Assembly: GCF_006345805.1 (NCBI RefSeq)
Contig: NC_042998.1
Span: forward strand, 194,928,001-194,992,000
Source of the DNA: Octopus sinensis
Taxonomy: Eukaryota
DNA length: 64,000 nt
Direction: 5' to 3'
The translations under genes were made by a program, and so were the position numbers. Position 1 is the first letter of the stretch. The number at the start of each line of letters is the position of its first letter. Shown one piece after another: positions 1-13,114 of the stretch. The notes below the pieces were generated by a model, which saw nothing but the letters and a program-made list of their open reading frames with translations, did not search any database and was not told the DNA's origin.

Positions 1-19
1 ATTGTTTTTGTTGGAGTTG

Positions 20-594
20 TTGTGAATGTGTTGCAGTTGTGGTATCAGAATATGCTTTTGTTGAGTTCTTGGAGTAGGACTATGTAGTCTCTTCCTCTTT
101 CGCCGAGCAACCTTTTGTCACCGCGATCCATTGATCGCCCATCTCTTCTTTCCCCGTGTCATTGTAGTTGATGTTGGTTTGGGAAGTAGATGTCGATGTT
201 GATGATAATTGTTTAGTTATCATCTGTGGTGGTCGTACTGGGAACGCTGGATACCACCTCTGTGTCGCTGGTCCTGGATTGGTCATCATCTCTAGGTGTG
301 GCGATTGCACTGGTGGTAACATATGGTGCGGGGCTTGTCACTCTATCGGTGACGATGATAATGGTTTGTTCATCATCTGTGGCGGTGGTATTGGGGTCGT
401 GAGTAACGTCCTCTGTGACGTTGGTCCCGGACTGATCCTCATCTCTGGCTGTAGCGATTGTACTTGCGTGAGACCTGGTTAATCTGCTAATATTGATGTT
501 GGACGGTATTGCTGGTAATGCGAATAGCAGGTCTATGTGTCACCGTAGCTTCATAGATGACTCCTTCAGCCTCACATCGGCCTCCTATTGGACA
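20..594 (-). mobile_element. Degenerate Penelope-like GIY-YIG endonuclease remnant with Thr/Asp-rich insertion
   Basis: Minus strand 594-538 reads CPIGGRCEAEGVIYEATVT, like the CPxxGxC...VIYxAxV motif of PLE endonucleases. A possible second half (DYIVLLQELNKSIF) lies near 85-45. Stops and frameshifts are present. Confidence 0.4.
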
Positions 595-596
595 TT

Positions 597-597
<1 letters not shown>

Positions 598-637
<40 letters not shown>

Positions 638-704
638 TAATAATAATGATAATAATAATAATAATAATAATATAATAATAATAATAATAATAATAATGAT
701 AATA

Positions 705-745
<41 letters not shown>

Positions 746-749
746 TATG

Positions 750-800
<51 letters not shown>
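598..800. repeat. (ATA)n microsatellite, probably the expanded 3' tail of the adjacent CR1 fragment
   Basis: About 200 bp of AAT repeat directly abutting the CR1 3' end. Confidence 0.9.
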
Positions 801-804
<4 letters not shown>

Positions 805-1142
805 AATTATTGTATACAGTGCTCAGGTGCACTACAACTTGTCAAAAGTGCGTATAAAGCATAAGCAGTAATGTACAAATGTCTGGGAAGCGAACAGTGT
901 ATGAGTCAGATACATGCTTGCGTGTGTATGGAGGGGAGAAATCAGGTGTAGTGTTGGCGAATCTCAGGAAGCATGGAAGTTTTGAAGGATGCAGTGCTCC
1001 GACAACTAACAATTGATGCCGGCAGTTTGTTCTATGCTTCAGCAACTCTTAGTGTGAAAAAATGTTTCCGAAAATCATGGGAGCTGTGCTGTTTTCTTAC
1101 TTTGTAAATATGTCCACGGGTGTTAGACGGGTGTAGTTTGAA
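801..1142 (-). mobile_element. CR1/L2-type LINE 3' fragment
   Basis: Minus strand reads KQHSSHDFRKHFFTLRVAEA.NKLPASIVSCRSTASFKTSML, matching the CR1 C-terminal FFxxRVxxxWNxLP motif. A second copy is at 55.5-55.9 kb. Confidence 0.8.
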
Positions 1143-1446
1143 CACACTGCAAGAACACACTGCCTCATCCCTTGCATTGTGGGTACTTGTTAAAATGTTT
1201 TTTTTTATGTTAGGTACACAACTGAAGGAGACGTAGAAAGTTTATATTTTTGTCTTTGTATAGGGTCTGACGAGCTGTCCACAAGGCTTTGGTTTTGTGG
1301 ATACGAAGCCTTTGGTAACTCTATGTCCAAAATTTAAATTTTTGTTATATATATGATATATTAAGGTACTGTGCAGTGGGACTGAACCTGAAACTATGTC
1401 ATGCATACATATGCACACACACACACAGACTTGTATATAATATATA

Positions 1447-1674
1447 CTCTTTTACTCTTTTATTTGTTTCAGTCATTTGACTGTGGCCATGCTGGAGCAT
1501 CGCCTATAGTCGAGCAAATCGACCCCAGGACTTATTCTTTTGTAAGCCTAGTACTTATATCGGCCTCTTTTGTCGAACCGCTAAGTTACGGGGACGTAAA
1601 CACACCAGCATCGGTTGTCAAGCGATGTTAGGGGGAGAAACACAGACACACAAACATATACACACACACATACA

Positions 1675-1706
<32 letters not shown>

Positions 1707-1755
1707 CATACATACATACATACTACATACATACATACATACATACATACATACA

Positions 1756-1839
<84 letters not shown>

Positions 1840-2002
1840 TATATATACATATATACGACGGGCTTCTTTCAATTTCCGTCTACCAAATCCACTCACGAGG
1901 CTATCGTAGAAGACACTTGCCCAAGGTGTCATGCAGTGGGATTGAACCCGGAACCATGTAGTTCGTATGCAAGCTACTTACCACACAGCCATTCCTATGC
2001 CT
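1447..2002 (-). mobile_element. tRNA-derived SINE family A with central (TA/TACA)n tract
   Basis: Head has A-box-like TGGCTGTGTGGTAAG and B-box-like GGTTCAATCCC; tail ...TGACTGAAACAAATAAAAGAG. Many copies in the window. Confidence 0.85.
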
Positions 2003-2379
2003 ATATATATAACATATATACATATATACTTATGTATATACTTAGAAGTTTGTTTGTTATAGCCGACAGACATATATTTATATATACCCACATATGTGTG
2101 TGTGTGGGGGGGGGGTGAAGAGGGCGAGAGGGAAGGAGAAGAAGAAAGAGAAAGGGGAGTGATAAAGTCAGAAAGGGCATCTTTTGAGACATTTTGGCAA
2201 AACAATGTAAAGTTTCCGGTAGAAACAAAATAAACATCGGCCTTGAAGTCGACGCCGCCGTCATTATTGATATTATTTTTGTTGTTGTTGCTGTTGTTGT
2301 TGACATCGTCAACAGCTGCTGTTGGAGGTGACAGTGGAGGTGGGGATAGTGATGTGGTGGTGTGTAGGAAAATGTGAAT

Positions 2380-3905
2380 ATTCATTCTGCATAATCAAGA
2401 GGCTTCTTCAAAACAATATGGTTCATTATGTAAAACGACAACGAAACCACCTACATACTGCAACAGAAGAGTTCAAAGAATGTGGGAGAACACACGGTGG
2501 AGTACTTCTAGATGAAGGCGTAATATCGGTTCTAAAACCTCCCCCGAAGTACACAAGCTTCACTTGAAATTTTATCGCATCAGATTATAGAAAAATGCTT
2601 CGCAACGATGAGATGGAAATCAGAGCAGGATTGTAAGCACACAAGAAGTAATAGCCCTAAAATTAAGAATAATTTTTCATCCCCCCCCCCGTTCGTAGTT
2701 TTTATGGCAAATAACATAAATCTTTTGGCATGAAAAGAATTTGTCCCACCAGCTTACCCTTTAAGAAGAAGATCAGTATATTACTTTACTCTGAAGCTAC
2801 TGACATGGAGATGAAGTTTCCATTAGATATATCTAAATTTAACTCTGTAAGTGCAGAATGCATTTGCAAGAAAACAAAATAAGGATACCCATAGCTTCAA
2901 CATTAAAAGGAGACAAACGGATTCAAAATAGAAAAATAAATGTTTTCCTTCTGAGCAATTGGTAAGGGTGTCCGTAGATAGCCTGACCAAATATTTGAAT
3001 AACACAGCATATTAAAAATAATAGTTAAGAGCCATAAAGAATTAGGAAGTCTTATATTTCGAAGTTGCACTTGTCTAGCAAGTGTCTTGATAATGGAGGA
3101 GCCATATTAGCCATCTAAAACCCACAAAAACATTTAAATTCGTTTTTCCTTTCGTTCTTGAGGTGTGGAACTGTGTCGATGTTGCGACGAAAACTTAGGG
3201 AAGAAATTAGATGAGAAGTAAATTTCACTGTTTTTCCATATTATTAGATTATTAAAATGACTCTTCCCAGAGGTAAATTCCTGAATATTTGCGTGAACAT
3301 GTGGTGTGATATCTAACAACCGGAGAAACGAACAACAACAAAAAATCCGAGCAAAAAATAAAAACAAATCTACCATCCCCCTTATACAGCCTTACAAAAG
3401 ATCACAAAACCCACACAGGTCTTGTTCGACAGACCACTCACATCTCTAGTCTGTGTTGCTAACAATCTTAGCAACAACTGAATATCATACTTTCTCCCAC
3501 AGGACTAAACGTCTTTTACAATGATTCGTATCGACCGCCATTTCGGAAGCCGTAGACACATACATACACACAGAGTCAGCCAATAAAGTCACTAAATCAA
3601 TAAATAAATAGATATCCGTCATGGTGGAGTGGAAAAATGCTAAAGTTCGATCTACCATAACACAGTTTACCAACAGACTACTTTGGATTAGATACCAGAT
3701 ATGCACTACTTGTCGTTAATGTAACATCATTTTGTGTAGTTAGATGTTTATAGAGACTGAATGGAGAAGGAATACACTGCACTAGTTTACCATTGACTTC
3801 TTCAAGACCGCAACAGAATTCATTTCGACACTTGTGAGCTAACAAACCTGTCAACAGTGGCGAACTATATACCAACTTGTCGGCAGTTAAGTTTCTTGGC
3901 CATGG
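2380..3905 (+). mobile_element. Highly degenerate Penelope-like RT remnant
   Basis: Scattered PLE-like peptides in different frames: VISVLKPPPKY, IEKCFATMRW, LLVVNVTSF, NSGELYTNLS. Many stops. Confidence 0.4.
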
Positions 3906-4164
3906 CCACACATATACACAATCATATATATCTGATTGCATTTGTGTAAAATATGCACACATATACCACGCAAACGCACATACACAGACAGACAGACACA
4001 CACACACACACACACTCAAATATATATGCATATATGCACAGAAGTGCACTTATACGGTATCTGTTAAACCAATGAAATAGTGTAATGCACTAGATACATA
4101 CTGACTCACACACACACAAACATACACATACACACATTTATATACACACAAATACATGTATGTA

Positions 4165-4199
<35 letters not shown>

Positions 4200-4365
4200 T
4201 GTCTGTCTGTCTGTCTGTCTGTCTGTATGTATGTATGTATGTACGTACATGTGTGTATGTATGTGTGCATACATACACACGCACACAGATACATACACGC
4301 ATATACACGCGCGCGCACGTGGTGTCTTAAATCAGTGGTTTATTGTAATGTACACTAGTAACTAG

Positions 4366-4554
4366 CCGTACTTCGTCTGCCGTTACGTTCTGAGTTCAAA
4401 TTCCGCCGAGGTCGACTTTGCCTTTCATCCTTTCGGAGTCGATAAATTAAGTACCAGTTACGCACTGAGGTCGATGTAATCGACTTAATCCGTTTGTCTG
4501 TCCTTGTTTGCCCCCTCTATGTTTAGCCCCTTGTGGGTAATAAAGAAACAGGTA
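4366..4554 (+). mobile_element. SINE family C body, headless monomer
   Basis: Runs from (C)GTACTTCGTCTGCCG to AAAGAAACAGGTA, about one unit of the 13-16 kb satellite. Confidence 0.85.
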
Positions 4555-5101
4555 CCTAAGCTCTTTGCTAACATGTTCATGTAATCGATCCTATGTTCCA
4601 TAAATTGAAAGTTGAGGGAAATTCAATTGCTTGTATAAGATCTCATTTCGTTGTAGCTGCTTTTGTATTTGTTAAATCATAAGTAACCCCGGGAGAGTAG
4701 ACTTACGTTCAAAGGTAACCCAGCCATAACCATCCTGTCTTTTTAGGAGCGAGTAGGATTATATCCTTCTAAGTGTCTTTTCTTTCGTCAAGACGGTGAG
4801 GTAAAATTTGAGTGCAATTTGTGTGCAGTTTCTAGTACGTTGAGCATTCAAATTGCAGAAAATACTTTAGCTCTGAACACTAGCTGAACTTTTAAAAGAC
4901 AATTTCAATCCGTGGCATTTGAACATTTCTCACATATCTAGGATAGAACAGTTGTTGTGCGCACGAACATCTAGTCTGCATCTGAAGAATGTTCATTTAG
5001 CTTAATTCGCAATACACCACATTCTCTGACACATACGTTTCCAAGACGACGGACTTGGCTCTTCTGAACTTGCAAATCTGTAAACAACGGCAACAACAAC
5101 G

Positions 5102-5202
<101 letters not shown>

Positions 5203-5969
5203 TAAATCAAACGATAGGAGTTTCAGCAATAAAAGAAAACAAACAATGTCAACAAAATAAACAATAGGTAACAATAACAGCTACAATGATAACAACAACA
5301 ACAACAACAATAACAAGCAACGTCACTAAGACCAACAATAACAGTAGCAACAGCAACAGCAACAACAATATCAATAACGACAGCGGTTTCGATTCCCAGA
5401 CCGGGCGTTGTGTGTGTTTATTGAGCGAAAACACCTAATGCTCCACGAGGCTTCGGCAGGGGGTGGTGGTGACCCCTGTTGTACTCTTTTGCTCCAACTT
5501 TCTCTCACTCTTGTTCCCGACTTCCTACGCAACCGCTGAGCCTGGATGCGCATTCATCCATCCGTCGATGCTCTCGGTGTCGGGGGTTGATCTGCTCTCT
5601 CTTCTGCGGGTATTACGAATAGCAAAGGACCACGTTTCGGACATCTTCCATCTTCGCTCAACAGCAGCAGCAACAGCAATAACTGTTTATTAAGAAAAGA
5701 AATGCGAAACAGTCAAATAAAGTGTTAAGCTGGCGACATTGAGATGACATTGTAGAATGTTGACATTACTATAGCATACGAAGGAAAGGAAACAGTTTCA
5801 CACGGTCGGTGAAATGGAGACTAGGAGAAACAGACATCTGAGAAAAGTCGATGTTCTTTATGAAATGATCAGTCATGTTAGACAAGGAAATTTGAAGTAT
5901 AACAAAATAAAAATAAAATTTTTTCTTGGTAATTATGCTTCCATTGTTGTTGATAGTGTGGCTATCATT

Positions 5970-6122
5970 GACGAGTTGGCAGAATCGTTAGCACACCGGG
6001 CAAAATGCTTAGCGGTATTATGTCCGACTTTACTACGTTCTGAGTTCAAATTCCGCCGAAGTCGACTTTGCCTTTCATCCTTTCGGGGTCGATAAATTAA
6101 GTACTAGTTGTAATCGACTTAA
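5970..6122 (+). mobile_element. SINE family C, tRNA-like head plus partial body
   Basis: GAGTTGGCAGAATCGTTAGCAC...GAGTTCAAATTCCGCCG...GGGGTCGATAAATTAAGTAC. Confidence 0.8.
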
Positions 6123-6800
6123 CACAGAGATTTCTTTCGAGAGCATGTCTAATCCTGCCTGGATTCTTCTTTTCCACCATGGATCTTTTCTTTCGTCACT
6201 ACCATTATGTTTCTTTTCCTTGACAACAACACCCACGTTTTCTGCTACAATAATACTTGCTGCCTTGATCATATTATTTGTTTCTGTGATATTGTTTGTT
6301 CTGATGTATTTCAGAATTTCATTGACATTTTTCGTTTCTTCGTTCAATTTCCATCGATCAACCTTTTTAAAGTTGCAAATAACGTCGCTATCGTTCTCCT
6401 GTAGTCTTACCTTTATCCTGTCGTAGCTTGCCTTTTGTTCATCTGTCATGTCGCCATTAGTTTTATTGTCTTCTTTCAGATCATCTATATGTCTCTCATC
6501 AAGTAAGCTACCACTGCTCCTTTCCTGTGCTATGAGATTACTCTTATTAATAAGTGTATTTTCATTGTTATCTCTGCTGCTATTGTCCATGACCCGTCTT
6601 TTGATAGCTTCCAGCTCTACTTCTGTAAACCAACGATTTTTTCTTATTGCTCTAGCTTGATCACATAATATATGTTCCGTGAGTTGAAACAATCCCCTTT
6701 CCTTCCAATGATTATACATATGTTGTCAGTAACCTCTAATTTGAGCACCATTTTCATCTATCAGATTGCTCAGGTAGTAACACTCCATGACCACAGCATT
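6123..6800 (-). mobile_element. R4/Dong-like non-LTR retrotransposon, N-terminal ORF fragment
   Basis: ORF 6075-6719: MYNHWKERGLFQLTEHILCDQARAIRKNRWFTEVELEAIKR...VNEILKYIRTNNITETNNMIKAASIIV...PWWKRRI, typical of the pre-RT region of RLE-clade LINEs. Confidence 0.7.
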
Positions 6801-7524
6801 AATTTGCTTGCCACGTCTACGCCGTGTCTGCTGGCCCCTTTCTGGATATCAACAGGCTGGAGCCGGACCAGAATCTCTGAGCCTGCTAGGTGCAACACTG
6901 TCACCATCAATGACTTCAGTTTCATTACCACGGTTATTCACAATATTTGTTTTTTCATTGTCACTCACATGAGGTACGATTATCAGGTCAAGTAATTACC
7001 AGTGATTTTTTGTGACACCATCACTAGATGTATCATTAATCAGGACATAGAGCGGCTCCACCCGCTTTCATCGATATTCTTCCTTGTGTGTTGTGAAATG
7101 TTTCTATCTCTGCCGTAAGACTTCATTTCCACACGCGCCAGCTTAATTCAATTCGTCCTTAGTCGAAAGACACCTGTTGTTATGTCCTGTTATTATTTTT
7201 ATTGTATTTTTTTATTGTATCTATATTTGTGTAACATTGTCCGTTTTTTCCGTCCATGTTTTTGTATACATTCGCTGCTTTCTTCCAAGGAATCTAATGC
7301 TCTTAGCTTAGTTTTTCCTTGGGGCTGGCCAGATTGGAGCAATCTCAAGAATAATTAGCCGAAATTGCGAGGATAATCTGGTGCTTGACTGAGGAAAGAA
7401 AACTTCGAATGACCCATCCTTGTTTTCTTTGTATCATCTATCTGGATGTTTTGTTGTCCCTTTTTGTATCACCTAGCTGTCCGGATGTTTTACGTTCTTG
7501 TCCCATTTTGTATTGTGTATATAT

Positions 7525-8238
7525 ATATATGCCAGTATGCTAAAAGAACTAGACTTTAGAAAATCTAACGGCATACAATATTTTTCACTATAAATACACA
7601 GCGTGCTGAAACGAGGAAAACAAGCTAACAGAAATTTTTAAAAAATTCGTTATTCCTGAATCGGACCGATTTCTAGATTAATCCACGAGGATTCTTCCTT
7701 CTTCAGCGAGAAACACGATTAGAAATAAATGGAACACTCACATATACCCACGGAAAAAGCAGATGCAAAGTCATGAGCACATTTAAGTATCCCAAATATA
7801 TATACAAACAGAAATTCTGTAGCAAGCTTCAGTACACGTGTAGACGGTCTGGAAAACTCATGTAAAGTGGTTACCAGTCCCGAAGTGAATCGTAATAAAT
7901 TTACTTCTAATGTAAGAATAACATTTTTCAAAAGAAAAAGAAATTATCAGTGGCCAGCATATTAAAATACCTTTCAAGGTGAAAATATAAACAATTATAA
8001 ATAAGGGTAAAAGAAAAGATTTTCTATGTCAGTATGTTGAAAAATAGACTTTAGAATGTCTAACCACATACAATATTTTTCACTATAAATACACAGCGTG
8101 CTGAAACAAAGAAAGCAAGCTTACAGAAATTTTTTAAAAATTTGTTATTCCCGAATCGGACCGATTTCTGGATTAATCCAGGAGTATTCTTCCTTCTTCA
8201 AGGAGAAACACGATTAGAAATAAATGGAACACTCACAT
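7525..8238. repeat. Local direct duplication of ~215 bp (7525-7744 and 8026-8238)
   Basis: Both copies share CACTATAAATACACAGCGTGCTGAAAC...GAATCGGACCGATTTCT...AAACACGATTAGAAATAAATGGAACACTCACATA. Confidence 0.85.
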
Positions 8239-8597
8239 AAGCAGATATTTCGTTTTTGGATTTGTTTTGCAAGATTCTTTATGTGAGTTCGTGTGTTGAA
8301 TCATATTTTGTTGTGTCTGGGGAGACAATTTTCAATTGCTATTTTTCGTGAGATATTTACGAAGATATGTCTATCTGATGAAACCTCATTATATTTAAAC
8401 GATATTTTATTATTCTTGAAAAAATTATTTTATTAATGGTGTTAAAACAGCTGTAATTTATGAAATGTGTCATTTGTTTGTGCAAAATAATATAATTGAA
8501 TTGAATTTATCATTTAATGATTAAATGATTTAACTATTCAATTTATTATTTTGGTTTCCATTTCTAATTTATATATACATATATATCTATATATATA

Positions 8598-8962
8598 TCT
8601 ATATAAACGGCAGTTTGTCTGTGTGTGTGTCTGTGTGTCTGTTAGGTTGTACCCTCACCCTGACCACGGCTTTCAACCGATTCTGATGAAACTTGATACA
8701 CACATAGCCCAATGTCATAATTCAAAACTAACGCAGCGAAAATTTTGAAAAGTTCCCCCAGTTCTGAAAAAAATCGACAAATTCGACATGGGGTCGAGAA
8801 TCAGAAACACAAACCACAGACTGTCTAGGGGACGCAACTCGACCTTTTAACTCTCAAAAAAAATTTACCATAATTTTTTTTCTATTTTTTGGCTATAACT
8901 CTCTAAAAATGCTTTATAGTTATTTCCCTTACAAACCCGAGCAACGCGGGTGATACTGCTAG
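8598..8962 (+). mobile_element. Non-autonomous Helitron-like element
   Basis: 5' TC start; 3' hairpin CCCGAGCAACGCGGG followed by CTAG|T. Confidence 0.7.
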
Positions 8963-8995
<33 letters not shown>

Positions 8996-9045
8996 ATATA
9001 TATATATATATATATATATTAATATATATAATATATATAATATAT

Positions 9046-9077
<32 letters not shown>

Positions 9078-9078
9078 G

Positions 9079-9322
9079 TGGGGAGGCGCAATGGTTAGGC
9101 AGCGGACTCGCGGTCGGAGGATCGCGATTTCGATTCTCAGACCGGGCGTTGTGTGTGTGTTTTATTGAGCGAAAACACCTAAAACCGACAGGGGGTGGTG
9201 ATCTCTGCTGTACTCTTTCACCACTCTTTCTTCTATTGGCCTGCTTCGCTAGCCAGCGGGGGTGGAGTCATTCGACGCTAAAACAACGCATTGTGACCAG
9301 CTATGTGTAGCAACATCTGATG
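9079..9322 (+). mobile_element. tRNA-derived SINE family B2
   Basis: GGAGGCGCAATGGTTAGG...TTCGATTCTCAGACCGGGCGTTG head; tail GCATTGTGACCAGC...ACATCTGATG. Confidence 0.8.
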
Positions 9323-9479
9323 CTCTCTCTCTCTCTAATATATATGTGTGTATGTATATATATAATATATATATATATATATAATATATATATATTATAT
9401 ATATATATTATATATATGTTTATATATATGCATATGTTTTTATTTATTTATTAATATATTATATGACGAAACGCACGCA

Positions 9480-10110
9480 CCCCTTAAGTAAGATTGTTCT
9501 TTATATCAAGTTTTGTTCTTGATATTAACTTTGACGCGCATCTTAACCTTTCTGTCCCATCCCCTCTCAGCTTCATTCTTTGAATTCCTTTTCCTCTACT
9601 TAACTTGTCTCTTCCTCTCTCTCATTCTTCACTCTCTCTCTCCCCCTCTTCATTCTTCATGGTTTCCTCGCAGCCATTCCCCTTCTTCTCTCCCTTTCTC
9701 TTGCTCCTCCTCCCCCTTCCCGTCGTTCACCGGCGACGAGACTTCCGCCGCTGTCTTTCTGGCCTGGCCCTCTCAAGGTAATGGATGACATTCTTTTTGT
9801 CCGCTCGTCGTTCATAAAAATTCCGCGTTCGTAATCCTTTTTTTCGTTCGGCGTTCGTAACAGCCCTTGTATCTTGTTTTCTTGTCTGTTTTTACTGTTT
9901 ATAATTTGTACTGTCGTTACGTCCGTTTTTGTTACCATTTTTTACCCCTCTGCGAAAAGATCTCAGAATTTTAATTGATTTGCTTTTCGAGGAAGGAAAG
10001 TTTCTGTCGAAGATACGTCTCGCTTTTATCCTTCGAAACGTATAGAGCAGATGATGAAACCATAGCGACTGAAGAAGGGTTTTTTTTTCCTTGTGTTAAT
10101 TGTCCTATAC
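9480..10110 (+). mobile_element. Putative Penelope pLTR-like remnant with degenerate hammerhead-like motifs
   Basis: Pyrimidine-rich tract followed by GAAGGA...TCCTTC-GAAAC-GTA and CTGAAGA-AGGG. Same layout at 26.5 kb and at 42.1 kb (minus). Confidence 0.4.
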
Positions 10111-10194
10111 TCATATATGCGTGTATATGTACATGTAGAGGTAGGTACGCACATATATGTATGTATATATGCATATGTTTTATTTTATTTATTA

Positions 10195-10229
<35 letters not shown>

Positions 10230-10254
10230 TACATATATATATATATACATACAT

Positions 10255-10311
<57 letters not shown>

Positions 10312-10321
10312 GAGAGAGAGA

Positions 10322-10590
10322 GAGGCGCAATGACCCAGTGGTTAGGGCAGCGGACTTGCAGTCGTAGGATCGCGGTTTCGATTCCCAGACCGGACGTTGT
10401 GAGTGTTTATTGAGCGAAATCATCTAAAGCTCCACGAAGCTCTGGCAGGGGGTGGTGGCGATCCCTGCTGTACTCTATCGCCACAACTTTCTCTCTTTCT
10501 TCTGTTGGTTTGGCGTCATTTGAAGCGCATTGTGACCAGCGATGTGTAGCAGCATCTGATAGCCTGGTCGGTCACGGTGATCACGGTGAT
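10322..10590 (+). mobile_element. tRNA-derived SINE family B2
   Basis: Same head and tail as the 9079 copy; ends CGGTCACGGTGATCACGGTGA(TA)n. Confidence 0.8.
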
Positions 10591-10724
10591 ATATATATAT
10601 ATATATATATGTATGTATATGACAAATGAAAGACGGAAGATGGAATATAGGAGAAATTATTATTAATCACGACAATTGTTTCGACACATCTAGCATCGAT
10701 CCCTCATGGGTGGGACACTCAACA

Positions 10725-10764
<40 letters not shown>

Positions 10765-11011
10765 AGTAACATACAGGGTGATTTAAAGAGGACAAACGTT
10801 TTTGAATTGGCTGTTACTCAGCCCAGGGAGAGGGATATATGTTCGACAGGTACCATTTGATCCATGGATTTCTTTTCTTTTCAGTTAATTGAAGAATAAC
10901 GTTATTCTTCAATTTTTTCTTTATTGTATCACATTGCATCTGACTATATATATATATATATATACATACATACATACATATATATATATATGTATATACA
11001 TACATATATAT

Positions 11012-11135
<124 letters not shown>

Positions 11136-11389
11136 CATATATATATATATATATACACAAATACATAGTCATGTGCATGCATGAGATAACTAAATAAATA
11201 TATATATAAAAGCATGTATCTATATGCATCTACATATATGTGTGTGTGTGTTGTATATATATATATATACATATATATATGTCACGGGTAGCCCGGTAGG
11301 TGGCAGTGAAAGTACCTCAGCGGGTGGTTTTACTAGGCTTGTTTGTAAGTTTTGGGAGTAAATCAACTCTCATCACAGCCATTGTCACA

Positions 11390-12485
11390 ATCACTACCAC
11401 CACCACCACCACCACCACCACCACCACCACCACCACCACCACCACCACCACCACCACCACCACCACCAACACACAACAACAACAAAAACACCGCCACCCC
11501 TATCATTCCCACCTATAAACACCGCCCGCCACCCCCATCACCAAAACCATTGCGACGACGACGACGACGACGACGACGACCACCACCACAGTCGTACGTC
11601 CACCCCCAACACTACCGACACCCACCCCCAACACTACCGACACCCACCCCCAACACTACCGACACCCACCCCCAACACTACCGACACCCACCACTATCAA
11701 TGCAGTGACGCCCCCCCCATCACTATACACTAAGAACAAACCCCCATCATTTTACCACCACTGCAGTTACCAGCTAGCTACTATCGTAATTACTACAACC
11801 GTATCCCCAGACCCTCTCCACTGGGGTACCAGCACTACCCCCCCCCATTTGCAGGCTTCACTCGCACAAGCACTACCACGATGATGACGACAACGACGAC
11901 GGCTGCCATCACCACCACCAAAACCACCACCACCACCACCAGCACCAGCACCACTACCACCACCGCCGCCACCAGCACCACCACCACCGACGCCGCCGCC
12001 ACAACCGCCACCAGCACCACCACCACCACCAAAACCACCACCACTACCACCACCGCCGCCACCAGCACCACCAGCACCAGCACCACCACCACCGACGCCG
12101 CCGCCACAACCGCCACCAGCACCACCACCACCACCACCAAAACCACCACCACTACCACCACCGCCGCCACCAGCACCACCACCACCAGCACCACCTGCAC
12201 TTTCACCTGCACCACCACCTGCACCACCACCACCGACGCCGCCGCCACAACCGCCACCAGCACCACCACACCTCCACCAAAACCACCACCACTACCACCA
12301 CCGCCGCCACCAGCACCACCACCACCAGCACCACCTGCACTTTCACCTGCACCACCACCTGCACCACCACCACCACCGCCGTCACCGCCGCTGCCACTAC
12401 CACCACCTGCACCACCACCACTACCACCACCACCGCCGTCGCCGCTGCTGTCACTACCACCACCTGCACCACCACCTCCACCACT
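11390..12485. repeat. (ACC)n-derived low-complexity region with internal 22-bp and codon-like repeats
   Basis: Pure CAC run at 11398-11468; four copies of CACCCCCAACACTACCGACACC at 11601-11690; repeated ACCGACGCCGCCGCCACAACCGCC blocks. Confidence 0.9.
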
Positions 12486-12567
12486 ATAGACATTAGTACC
12501 AGTACAGAAAACACTCACTTCGTCTTCTCTAGTATTCGGATGCGGTTGGGTAGGGTGGTGGTGGTGT

Positions 12568-12605
<38 letters not shown>

Positions 12606-12742
12606 GTTGGTGTGCCATGGGTTTGTGGTGTATAGGACTTGTTGACAATGGTTTGTCTGGTCCGTGTGTGGTCTCTGCTGTCGTATTTGGTATGTGGTGT
12701 GTGTGTGTGTGTGTGTGTGTGTGGTGGCTGCGAAGAATAGCG

Positions 12743-12775
<33 letters not shown>

Positions 12776-13114
12776 GCAGCAACACACTACTATCATAAAA
12801 CATAGGATAAATTAGTTACTGCAGTCCTAGATACACTAAGTAGTAGAAAAAGGGATGGCCATGGCTGGATCATAGCTGACTTGGACCAAACAGCAACGGC
12901 GACCCTTCCCCACCACTACCACTACCACTACCACCACCACCATTATCATCACTAGAAATAGGAGCTGTGTGTCCCTTATAACATTACTGTCCCAAAAAGT
13001 GAAACATATCGGATAAAGCAGTTCTCGGGAGGCTATGTGTAAAAAGGACGGGCTTCTATTGAAACATCGTTGATCTGGTTAATCTGAGTTGACCAGGGGC
13101 TAAACAACAACAAC

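Noticed and set aside
8370-8700. CTGATGA words at about 8372 and 8683
   Set aside because: Followed directly by AAC with no stem II / GAAA / stem III arrangement.
11835-12803. Mucin-, extensin- or Gly-rich ORFs on both strands
   Set aside because: Built from (ACC)n expansions that are open in several frames; no splice signals or unique domain found.
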